From a bacterium (GTDB lineage: Bacteria > Hydrothermota > Tepidihabitantia > Tepidihabitantales > Tepidihabitantaceae), in NCBI GenBank assembly GCA_046485285.1, contig JAWOHE010000073.1:1-14464 (forward strand): 14,464 nt of DNA, given 5' to 3'. Made by a program: the position numbers and the translations under genes. The notes under the pieces were generated by a model. It worked only from the letters and a program-made list of their open reading frames with translations. It was not told the DNA's origin and did no database searches. Shown here in pieces: positions 1-7,461 of the stretch (its first letter is position 1; every line of letters starts with the position of its first letter).

Positions 1-2
1 AC

Positions 3-521
3 TCGACCTTCCACCTCGACCGCGGCAACGGCGTCCGGCCTGACCCGCACGTCTACCACGAGGCGCTCGGCGACACCTCCGACGTCCTGCCCGGCAACTG
101 GAACCGCACCGCCTTCAACGACACGACGGTGCCCAACAGCCGCCGCCGCAACGGCACCCCGACCAACGTCAACGTCTGCAACATCCGGCTCGAGGGCGAT
201 ACGATTGTCTGCGACGTCTTCGTCAACACCGACACCGTCGCGGTCGCCGAGCCCCCGCGCCTGTCCCTCCCCCTTGCGCTCCGGCCCGCGCCCAACCCGT
301 TCGCCGACCGGGTGACCGTTGGCACCCCGGCCGCGGACTGGCGGGCGGCGGTCTACGCTTCGAGCGGCAGGCTGGTCCGGGAAACCCGGGGCCGGGCCGC
401 CGAGCCGCTGGAGTGGGACGGTACCGACCAAGCCGGCAAGAGACTCGCGGCCGGGGTCTACCTCGTCCGGCTCTTCGCCGGGGACCGCGCCTCCGAGGCG
501 CAGCTCGTGCTGCTGGACTGA
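3..521 (+). CDS. 3' part (5'-truncated by the window) of a secreted M6-family (immune inhibitor A-like) metalloprotease with a C-terminal FlgD-Ig/T9SS-like sorting domain
   Basis: Frame is open from base 3: STFHLDRGNG...LGDTSDVLPGNWNRTAFNDTTVPNSRRRNGTPTNVNVCNI, which resembles the GDxxDxFPG..F.D.T.PNS tail of M6 domains. It continues with PNPF...VYASSGRLVR...WDGTDQAGKRLAAGVYLVRL, a FlgD-Ig/CTD signature. The catalytic HExxH lies outside the window. Confidence 0.7.
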   Translation, partial: STFHLDRGNGVRPDPHVYHEALGDTSDVLPGNWNRTAFNDTTVPNSRRRNGTPTNVNVCNIRLEGDTIVCDVFVNTDTVAVAEPPRLSLPLALRPAPNPFADRVTVGTPAADWRAAVYASSGRLVRETRGRAAEPLEWDGTDQAGKRLAAGVYLVRLFAGDRASEAQLVLLD

Positions 522-557
522 GGCCGGTAAGCGACTGAATCGCGCGGAATCCGGCGG

Positions 558-1475
558 TCAGGCCGGCTTGCGCAGGACGTAGCTCAGGTACTCCCAGTGT
601 GCCTGGCGGAACTTCTCCCAGGTCGGCGTCCCGCTCGTCGCCGCGAACTGCCTGAACACCGCCTGCAGCACCGCCGGCACCCGTCGCCGGATGAGCGCAA
701 GCTTGCGCTCACTGTCGAGCTCGAGCGCGCGGAATACGTTCGGGGTAATCCGTTCCTCGCGCTCGACCAGGAACCCGGCCTGCTCGAACTGCCGGCGAAG
801 CTTCGTGGCCTCGGCGCTCGAGCGGAAGTCGGCGAACAGGAGCCAGCCGCCGGGCCGGAGCACCCGCGCCACCTCGGCGAGGAACCTTTTCATCGAGCCG
901 TAGCAGTGCGACGACTCGACGTTGACGACCGCGTCGAACGACCGGTCGGCGAACGGCAGGTTCTCGGCATCACCGCGTCGGAAGCGCAGGTTCGGCACCT
1001 CGACTGGCCCTCCGTCCGTCGCCCGGCGGCAGTGCCGGCGCTGGCAGCACTCGATTGCGCGCAGGTTCAGGTCAATCCCGGTCATCGAGCGCGGGCCCAG
1101 GTAGCGGGCGATGTAGGATGCGCCGCCGCCCCGGCCCGAACCGACTTCAAGCACGTCTCGACCGGCGATCGGCACCGCCGCGGCGACATGGTGGTAGAGC
1201 TGGATCGAAAGCCGGTCCGGTTCGTCCGCCGCTGCGAGCGCGGGCTGCCCGGCGCCCGCGTCAAGCGGCGCGTAGCCGTAGTTGGCGAAGGGCGACTCGA
1301 CCTGCTTGTCGAGCCGGGTCATCTGCCGGTACCAGATGCGGTAGACCGCACGCCGGAACGGCGGCACCGCCTTGTAGGCCCGCTCGAGCACGCCCATCAC
1401 CGACAGCCGCTCGGCCGCCTGGTGGGCGGGCCTGAACACGCCCCGGAACCGGTGGTCGGCAGGCCTGACTTCCAT
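558..1475 (-). CDS. Class I SAM-dependent methyltransferase, similar to phthiotriol/fatty-acid O-methyltransferases (Rv2952-like)
   Basis: Motifs NYGY, DEPDRLSIQLYHHVA, VLEVGSGRGGG (motif I), GDAENLPF, FDAVVNVESSHCY and EVARVLRPGG. An alternative start is the ATG at 1397, but TAGAAT sits 5 nt before the ATG at 1475. Confidence 0.9.
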   Translation of the reverse strand: MEVRPADHRFRGVFRPAHQAAERLSVMGVLERAYKAVPPFRRAVYRIWYRQMTRLDKQVESPFANYGYAPLDAGAGQPALAAADEPDRLSIQLYHHVAAAVPIAGRDVLEVGSGRGGGASYIARYLGPRSMTGIDLNLRAIECCQRRHCRRATDGGPVEVPNLRFRRGDAENLPFADRSFDAVVNVESSHCYGSMKRFLAEVARVLRPGGWLLFADFRSSAEATKLRRQFEQAGFLVEREERITPNVFRALELDSERKLALIRRRVPAVLQAVFRQFAATSGTPTWEKFRQAHWEYLSYVLRKPA

Positions 1476-1480
1476 ATGCT

Positions 1481-1508
1481 ATTCTAGCGTCAGGAGCGCC
1501 GACGGGAA
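1481..1508 (-). promoter_or_regulatory. Putative sigma70-type promoter of the methyltransferase, probably leaderless
   Basis: Minus strand reads TTCCCG-N16-TAGAAT-AGCAT-ATG, with no Shine-Dalgarno. The -35 match is weak. Confidence 0.5.
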
Positions 1509-1688
1509 GCGCGGGTTGGCCGGCCCTGTCCCGGCCGGTTGACGCTGTCCTCTGGCCCGCCTGTCCTCCGGCCGATGCCAGACGTTCCCGGCCGCCGGCA
1601 CGAGGCTCTCCCCTGCTCTTGCCTTCGGGCTCACCCGGGCGCGACGTCCTTGCCCTGCTGAAGGTGGTCCTTCTCGCCGCCCGCCGGG

Positions 1689-3059
1689 TCAGTGCCGGAC
1701 CAGCCTGAGCCCGGGCACGAGCTGGAACCAGCCCTGGAAACGGACGTCGGCGCGGTTCGGCCGGACGTTCGTCACCTTGAGCATCGCGTGGTGACCGTCC
1801 CCGGTCCGGCAGCCGATGTACTCCGGCGTCGAGCCGAGCACGACAACGGTCCGCCAGGCCGAGTCGGCCTCGGGCGGCAGGGGGTCGCGGTCGTTCGCCA
1901 GCCTTCCGGCGAACCAGGTCCGGTGCCACGGCCCGGCCGGCAGGCTGTCACCCGGGTCGAACGGCGCGGTATCAGCCGTCGCGAACCGGTAGGCGGGCCC
2001 GGCCGAGCCGGTGTCGAAGTCGGTGACGTAGAAATCGACGAGCCCCGGTGCGAGCGTGTCGCGCATTGACCAGCCGAACCCGACCCCGCTCGCCCGGTCC
2101 CAGCCGTACCCGGCATCGCCGTCCCCGTTCAGTTCGTAGAGCGTCAGGTTGTCGGTGCTGACCGGGAGCGTGCTTGCGACCGTGTCGGCCCGGAACCAGG
2201 CGCCGCCGAACCGCGCCCCGACCTGGTAGTCGCCGGTCAGCCCGTTCGGGAAATGCTCAAGGCTGAACCCGGTCGTCTCGGCGGCCAGCTCGTACTCCCC
2301 GCCGGCAGGACGGAAGAGAATGCCATAGGCGTTGGGCGTTCCCGAATCCGGCGGGGCCCACGTCAGTAACAAAGTGCTGTCGCTGGCCGCGGCAAGCCGG
2401 ACGTCACGCGGCGGCGCGCCCGGGACGGTGACCACCGGCACCTCGATGTAGTCCGACCAGTCCGACACGAGCCCGGCCCGGTCCTGGGCCCGGGCCGCGA
2501 TCCGGTAGGTCCCGACCGTGTCAAACACGTGCCCGGCCGCATACTCCTCCCCGCTCGCGACGTAGCGACCCCAGTCCTCGACCACGCCCGCCCAGTCGAA
2601 CTGGAACCGGATACTCTCGCCCTGCGGGTGGATGCACAGCGTCACGAACTCGTGCCGGACCCCGGTCGTGCAGATTGACGGGCCGGTCGGCCGGGCCGGC
2701 CGGGCCGGCGGCAGCAGCGCGATGCGCACGAGCAGGCTCTCGGACCAGTCCGACTCCGCGCCCTCGGTGTCGCGGGCCTTCACCCGCACCGGGAAACGGC
2801 CGGTATCCTGGTACGCCCGCATTCGCGCCACCGGCTGGCCGCTCGCGTAGTAGGGCGACCACTCGAGCGCGCTCGTGTCGCCCCAGCTGAACTTGTAACC
2901 CACCTCGCCGCCGTCCGGGTCGACCGCCGCGACCGTGAACACCAGCGTGTCGCCCGGCCGGCCGGTGGTCGGGCCGAGCAGGTCCGGCACCGCCGGCGCG
3001 CGATTCCGGCCGCAGCCGGCGAGGCAGGCAATGACCAGTAACACAGTGCAATATCTCAC
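1689..3059 (-). CDS. Lipoprotein with two PKD-like repeats, an FN3-like domain and an uncharacterised C-terminal domain
   Basis: AAGGAGG precedes the GTG at 3059, so the ORF-track start at 3155 is too long. Lipobox IACLAG/C. Two repeats: GPTTG...DPDGGEVGYKFSWGD...VKARD...SDWS and GPSIC...HPQGESIRFQFDW...ARAQD...SDWS. FN3-like PPRDVRLAAASDSTLLLTWAPP follows. Confidence 0.8.
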   Translation of the reverse strand: MRYCTVLLVIACLAGCGRNRAPAVPDLLGPTTGRPGDTLVFTVAAVDPDGGEVGYKFSWGDTSALEWSPYYASGQPVARMRAYQDTGRFPVRVKARDTEGAESDWSESLLVRIALLPPARPARPTGPSICTTGVRHEFVTLCIHPQGESIRFQFDWAGVVEDWGRYVASGEEYAAGHVFDTVGTYRIAARAQDRAGLVSDWSDYIEVPVVTVPGAPPRDVRLAAASDSTLLLTWAPPDSGTPNAYGILFRPAGGEYELAAETTGFSLEHFPNGLTGDYQVGARFGGAWFRADTVASTLPVSTDNLTLYELNGDGDAGYGWDRASGVGFGWSMRDTLAPGLVDFYVTDFDTGSAGPAYRFATADTAPFDPGDSLPAGPWHRTWFAGRLANDRDPLPPEADSAWRTVVVLGSTPEYIGCRTGDGHHAMLKVTNVRPNRADVRFQGWFQLVPGLRLVRH

Positions 3060-3081
3060 ACTGCCTCCTTTGCTGGATTCC

Positions 3082-3109
3082 AGTATTCCCCGCCGGGGAA
3101 GGTTGTCAA
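3082..3109 (-). promoter_or_regulatory. sigma70-type promoter of the PKD lipoprotein
   Basis: Minus strand reads TTGACA-N16-AATACT, just upstream of the AAGGAGG RBS. Confidence 0.6.
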
Positions 3110-3111
3110 AC

Positions 3112-3138
3112 CGATTTGTCCTGCCTCTGGACAAATCG
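3112..3138. promoter_or_regulatory. Perfect 10-bp inverted repeat (candidate operator) in the divergent promoter region
   Basis: CGATTTGTCC-N7-GGACAAATCG. The right arm overlaps the -35 of the rightward promoter. Confidence 0.55.
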
Positions 3139-3155
3139 CCGCCCTTGGCTATCAT
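3128..3155 (+). promoter_or_regulatory. sigma70-type promoter of the Ig/beta-helix lipoprotein
   Basis: TGGACA-N16-TATCAT. Confidence 0.55.
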
Positions 3156-3226
3156 CCAGCGTCAACACCGCGCGGGAACCTGCCATTCCCGTCCGGCGCA
3201 CAGAAACAACCTACAGGAGGTTAAGC

Positions 3227-4681
3227 ATGAAGCGCATAGTCGCGCTCACCGCGCTGGCAGGCATGCTCGTCTTCACGGCCTGTCTGACCAGCGATACCGA
3301 GAACCCGACCGTGACCATCGTCTTCCCGGGTAACGGGGCGACCGTCAACCGGGGCGACATCGTCATCAAGGCCGTCGCGACCGACAACGAAGACGTGACC
3401 AAGGTCGAGTTCTACATCAACGGGACTCTCACCGGCACCGACAACGTCGGCGGCGCCGGCGACACCTTCCGCTACACTTGGTCCGACACCACCGCCCAGG
3501 TCGCCGGCCAGAACTACTCGCTCGTCGCCAAGGCCTGGGACGCGGCCGACAACAACGCCTCTTCGGCGGCGGTGTCCATCACCATCGCCGGCGGCGGCGG
3601 CGGCACCGGCCCGACTCATCACGAGGACGACATCGTCGGCGGCGACAGCATCTGGTATCCCTCCGGCAACCCGCACATCGTCAAACGGAAGATCGATATC
3701 AGGAACGACGGCAAGCTCATCATCATGCCCGGCTGCGTCGTCAAGTTTGATGCCGACGCCGCTCTCATTGTCGGCAACCAGACGCCCGGCGAGCTGCAGG
3801 CGGTCGGCAAGCCCGACCCCGACTCCGGCATTGTCTTCACGTCCAACGCAACATCGCCCGCGCCCGGGGACTGGCTCGGCTTCGACTTCTACGGTTTCAC
3901 CCGGACTTCGACCCGGCTCAGCTACTGCGACATCAGCTACGCCGGCTGGGAGAACTACGGCGCGGTGAACCTCGAGTGGGACGGCTCCATCCGAATCGAC
4001 AACTCGACCATCCGCAGCGCCCCCAAGTACGGGATCTGGTTCTCCGACGCGGGCGGCTATATCAAGGACTTCACCGGCAACACGATTACGGCCTGCGGCA
4101 GTTACCCGATCTACATCCGCCCAGAGAACCTCAGCAAGATGTCGTCGGGCAACACCCTCACCGGCAACGCCAAGGACGCAATCTATGTCGAGTCCGGCTC
4201 CATCCGGGAAACCGGCACCTGGCCCAGCCATGGCGTTCCCTACCTGCTCGGCGGCTCGCTGTCGGTCAGTGGTGACGAGGGCATCTATCTCACCATCGGA
4301 CGCGGCTCGACCGTCATGCTCGGAACCGACGTTCACGTGGCCATCGGCCAGTCAACGCCCGGCGGGCTCAAGGCCGACAGCGTCACCTTCACCTCGGCCT
4401 CGGCCAGCCCCCAGCGCGGCGACTGGGAAGGGCTCTGGTTCTACGAGCGCGCCACCGATGCCGAGTGCCGGCTCACCAACTGCCGCATCCAGTACGGCGG
4501 CGGCGACGGTTATGGCCTGCTCTGGATCGACGATGCCGTGCCGACGATCACCGGCTGCCACTTCGCCCACTCCGCATCCTACGGCATCTACCTGTCCGGC
4601 ACCGAGTACCCGGACCCGACCTCGCTCCGGGCCAACAACACCTTCGAGGACAACGCCGACGGCGATATCTACGAACCCTGA
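3227..4681 (+). CDS. Lipoprotein with an N-terminal bacterial Ig-like (Big_7-type) domain, a Gly linker and a right-handed parallel beta-helix region made of two related modules
   Basis: AGGAGG at 3215-3220, ATG at 3227. Lipobox MKRIVALTALAGMLVFTA/C. Ig-like segment PTVTIVFP...ATDNEDVTKVEFYING...AKAWDAADN, then a GGGGGTG linker. Duplicated module IVFTS..PAPGDWLGFDF..LSYCDISYAG / VTFTS..PQRGDWEGLWF..LTNCRIQYGG. Confidence 0.85.
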   Translation: MKRIVALTALAGMLVFTACLTSDTENPTVTIVFPGNGATVNRGDIVIKAVATDNEDVTKVEFYINGTLTGTDNVGGAGDTFRYTWSDTTAQVAGQNYSLVAKAWDAADNNASSAAVSITIAGGGGGTGPTHHEDDIVGGDSIWYPSGNPHIVKRKIDIRNDGKLIIMPGCVVKFDADAALIVGNQTPGELQAVGKPDPDSGIVFTSNATSPAPGDWLGFDFYGFTRTSTRLSYCDISYAGWENYGAVNLEWDGSIRIDNSTIRSAPKYGIWFSDAGGYIKDFTGNTITACGSYPIYIRPENLSKMSSGNTLTGNAKDAIYVESGSIRETGTWPSHGVPYLLGGSLSVSGDEGIYLTIGRGSTVMLGTDVHVAIGQSTPGGLKADSVTFTSASASPQRGDWEGLWFYERATDAECRLTNCRIQYGGGDGYGLLWIDDAVPTITGCHFAHSASYGIYLSGTEYPDPTSLRANNTFEDNADGDIYEP

Positions 4682-4699
4682 CCGACAACTTCAACCGGG

Positions 4700-4725
4700 G
4701 ACGGGGCGGCTTCGGCCGCCCCGTC
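4700..4725 (+). terminator. Strong hairpin after the beta-helix lipoprotein (terminator-like or stabilising)
   Basis: GACGGGGCGGC-TTCG-GCCGCCCCGTC, an 11-bp stem with a cUUCGg tetraloop. The U tail is weak. Confidence 0.6.
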
Positions 4726-4737
4726 GCTTGTCGGCAT

Positions 4738-4765
4738 TTGACAGCGGTACCGGCCGGCCGATACT
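4738..4765 (+). promoter_or_regulatory. sigma70-type promoter of the DMT gene (very short or no leader)
   Basis: TTGACA-N16-GATACT, 9 nt before the ATG at 4775; no SD. Confidence 0.55.
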
Positions 4766-4774
4766 GGCCGCCGT

Positions 4775-5104
4775 ATGGCAACCATCGGGCTACTGCTCGT
4801 CTCCAACGTGTTCATGACCTTCGCCTGGTACGGCCACCTGAAGTACAAGAGCTCGCCGCTCTGGCTCGTCATTCTCGCGAGTTGGGGCATCGCGCTCTTC
4901 GAGTACTGCTTCCAGGTCCCGGCCAACCGCATCGGCCACGGCCAGTTCACCGCCGCCCAGCTCAAGACCATCCAGGAAGTCATCACCCTGGTGGTCTTCT
5001 CCGGCTTCTCGGTCCTCTACCTCAAAGAGTCGCTAAGATGGAACTACCTGGTCGGCTTCGGGCTGATTGCCCTCGCGGTCTTCTTCATCTTTCGTAAGTG
5101 GTGA
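4775..5104 (+). CDS. DMT family small membrane protein (DUF486/DMT_6)
   Basis: Family signature SNVFMTFAWYGHLK...SWGIALFEYCFQVPANRIG...QLKTIQEVITL, with four hydrophobic helices in 109 aa. Confidence 0.92.
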   Translation: MATIGLLLVSNVFMTFAWYGHLKYKSSPLWLVILASWGIALFEYCFQVPANRIGHGQFTAAQLKTIQEVITLVVFSGFSVLYLKESLRWNYLVGFGLIALAVFFIFRKW

Positions 5105-5116
5105 CCGCGCCGGGAC

Positions 5117-5146
5117 TGGACAGCACCCGGTCGGGTCGGGTATAAT
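5117..5146 (+). promoter_or_regulatory. sigma70-type promoter of the C25 gene
   Basis: TGGACA-N18-TATAAT; CAGGAG RBS at 5221-5226. Confidence 0.55.
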
Positions 5147-5236
5147 TGTGCCGCTCTCGAGGGTGGCTGTCGCGGCGGCGTTGACGCCGAGCAGGACCAT
5201 CCCGGGACGAGTCAGCAAACCAGGAGTGCATCAGCG

Positions 5237-6871
5237 ATGAGCCGTGCCGCAGTTCTTGTCCTCGCCATCTTTCTGACCGGGACCGCGGTCGCCGAAGACG
5301 GTGCCCGCTTCCTCATCATCGCCTACGACAACTACGCCGACGCGGTCCAGCCGCTCGCCAAGTGGCGCCAGGCCGCCGGCATCTCGACCCGGCTCGTCCT
5401 GACATCGGAGACCGGAACCGACACCGCCGCCATCCGCAACTACATCTACAACGCCTGGAGCACATGGCCGACGAGGCCCGAGTACGTCCTCATCGTCGGC
5501 AGTCCCTCCAACATCCGCGCCTACAGCTACGGCCGGCAGCAATGGCGCTACTACTCCGACAACTACTACGGCGATATGACCGGCAGCATCCAGGCCGAGA
5601 TCGCGGTCGGCCGCTTCCCGGCCCGCAGCGTGACCGACGCTGAGCTGATGGTCGCGAAGACCCTCGCCTACGAACGCGAGCCGTACCGCGAAGACTCGCT
5701 CTGGATGCTGCGCCTGACGACCATCGTCCGCGAAGGCGGCGACTTTGACGACACCATCTACTGGAACAACTCCCGCAACCTCGCCCGGCTCGCCGGCGAG
5801 AACGGGTTCGTGGCCTGCGACTCGCTCTCGACCTACCGCGGCCACAACGTCAGCCACGTCTACAACTCAGTCAACACCGGCACCGGCTTCGTGATGTACC
5901 GTGGCACCGCCGGCGGCTGGTGGCGCGACCCGTTCAACGTCAACCCCTACAACACCGCCAACGGCACCAAGCTCCCCATCATCCTCTCGATGACCTGCGA
6001 GACGATGTCGCTCGACCCCTACGACGTCCTGCTTGGCCAGTACTGGGTCTACGCCGGCACTACCGCGGACCCGGCCGGCGCGGTCGCGTTCTTCGGCAAC
6101 ACCTACTCGGCGGTCAGCGTCGCCCGCCAGCGCGGCGCGGTCGCCCGCGGGGTCGCGGCCGGCCTGTTCTCCGACCGGCTCGACCGCCTCGGCCCGATTA
6201 CCCTGCGCGGCAAGCAGCAGCTCCTCGCCGAGTTCCCCAGCGACACCTTCGACTACCGCGGCTTCAACGTCCTCGGCGACCCGTGCCTCGCGGTCTGGAC
6301 CGGCCGGCCGCTGGTCCTCGAGGTCGCCCGCCCGCGCGAAATCCTCACCGGGCCGCAGGACCTCGATGTCACCGTGACGCACGAAGGCGCGCCGGTCGCG
6401 AACGCGGTCGTCTGCGCCTCGCTCGACTCGACGGTCTGGACCGTTGACACGACCGACGCGGACGGCCGTGCCGCGCTCGCCATCGACCCGCCCCACATCG
6501 GCAGCCTGAGGCTCGTCGTCACCGGCCGCAACCTCGTCCCCTTCGACGGCACGATCCCGGTCGTCCCCGAGCTCGGCGTCGCCGGGCCCGCCCTCCCGCC
6601 GCTCCTGCCCGGGTTCCGGTTCGAGGCCCGGCCGACGGTCGCCTCCGGCCCGGTCCGCTTCAAATGGTCCGACCCGGTCGCCTGGCGGCTCGAGGTCACC
6701 GACAAACTCGGCCGCACGGTCAGGACGGTTGACGCCGACGGCCGCACCGCGCTCGCGTGGGATGGCCGCGACGGGCAGGACCGCCCGGCCCGCGCCGGGG
6801 TCTACTTCGCCCGGCTCGTCGACCGGGCCGGCCGCGGCCTGGCCTCCTGCCGCCTGCTCCGGCTGGACTGA
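5237..6871 (+). CDS. Secreted C25 (gingipain-like) cysteine peptidase family protein with an Ig-like domain and a FlgD/T9SS-like C-terminal domain
   Basis: Signal peptide, then FLII..., IRNYIYNAW...PEYVLIVG, SDNYY...EIAVGRFPA, MYRG, SMTCET, GAVAFFG and FNVLGDP. Tail WDGRDGQDRPARAGVYFARL. Confidence 0.88.
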   Translation: MSRAAVLVLAIFLTGTAVAEDGARFLIIAYDNYADAVQPLAKWRQAAGISTRLVLTSETGTDTAAIRNYIYNAWSTWPTRPEYVLIVGSPSNIRAYSYGRQQWRYYSDNYYGDMTGSIQAEIAVGRFPARSVTDAELMVAKTLAYEREPYREDSLWMLRLTTIVREGGDFDDTIYWNNSRNLARLAGENGFVACDSLSTYRGHNVSHVYNSVNTGTGFVMYRGTAGGWWRDPFNVNPYNTANGTKLPIILSMTCETMSLDPYDVLLGQYWVYAGTTADPAGAVAFFGNTYSAVSVARQRGAVARGVAAGLFSDRLDRLGPITLRGKQQLLAEFPSDTFDYRGFNVLGDPCLAVWTGRPLVLEVARPREILTGPQDLDVTVTHEGAPVANAVVCASLDSTVWTVDTTDADGRAALAIDPPHIGSLRLVVTGRNLVPFDGTIPVVPELGVAGPALPPLLPGFRFEARPTVASGPVRFKWSDPVAWRLEVTDKLGRTVRTVDADGRTALAWDGRDGQDRPARAGVYFARLVDRAGRGLASCRLLRLD

Positions 6872-6892
6872 CGTCGGTCGCCCTGCGGTCGT

Positions 6893-6921
6893 TTGACCCG
6901 CCGGCGTGAACCGGCTATCAT
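6893..6921 (+). promoter_or_regulatory. sigma70-type promoter of the CHRD gene
   Basis: TTGACC-N17-TATCAT; AAGGAG RBS at 6939-6944. Confidence 0.6.
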
Positions 6922-6949
6922 CTGGCGCGTGAATGCGAAAGGAGTCAGA

Positions 6950-7420
6950 GTGAAGAAAACGCTCACCATCGTCGCTCTCATCGCCGCCGGCTGTGTCGCC
7001 CTGCTCGGCTGCGAGAATCTCGTCCGGAGCTTCTCCGCGGCCCTGACCGGCGGTGAAATCATCCCGCCCGTCTCGACAAGCGCGACCGGGAACTGCGTCG
7101 TCAACGTCGACGCGGCCGACACCGAGCTCGGTTACAAGCTGACGGTCCAGAACATCGAGAACGCGACCTCGGCCAGCATCCACCTCGCGCCCGCCGGCCG
7201 GGTCGGCGAGGTCGTTGCCGTGCTCTACCCCGGCCCGACGAAGGAAGGCCCGTTCACCGGCACCCTCGCCGAGGCCTCGCTGCGCGTCGCGGACCTGCGC
7301 GGCCCGCTCGCCGGCGAATCGATGAGCCGGATGCTATCCGTGCTCCGGGCCGGTTCGACCTACGTCCAGGTCAACACCGACTCCTTCCCGGCCGGCGAAA
7401 TCCGGGGCCAGCTCCGCTGA
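6950..7420 (+). CDS. CHRD-domain lipoprotein
   Basis: GTG start after the RBS; lipobox ALLG/C. CHRD motifs FSAALTGGEIIPPVSTSATG, SASIHLAPAG and YVQVNTDSFPAGEIRGQL. Confidence 0.9.
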   Translation: MKKTLTIVALIAAGCVALLGCENLVRSFSAALTGGEIIPPVSTSATGNCVVNVDAADTELGYKLTVQNIENATSASIHLAPAGRVGEVVAVLYPGPTKEGPFTGTLAEASLRVADLRGPLAGESMSRMLSVLRAGSTYVQVNTDSFPAGEIRGQLR

Positions 7421-7428
7421 CCCGGCGC

Positions 7429-7456
7429 TTGACGCGGGTCAGCCGCGGCGTATCCT
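7429..7456 (+). promoter_or_regulatory. sigma70-type promoter, probably leaderless
   Basis: TTGACG-N16-TATCCT-GAGCA-GTG(7462); no SD. Confidence 0.6.
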
Positions 7457-7461
7457 GAGCA

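Noticed and set aside
1476-1688. SAM riboswitch upstream of the methyltransferase
   Set aside because: No SAM-I or SAM-II core motifs were recognised, and the nearest promoter implies no leader.
5150-5236. Riboswitch in the C25 leader
   Set aside because: Only short GC-rich palindromes (e.g. CGGCGT-TG-ACGCCG) were found, with no known aptamer consensus.
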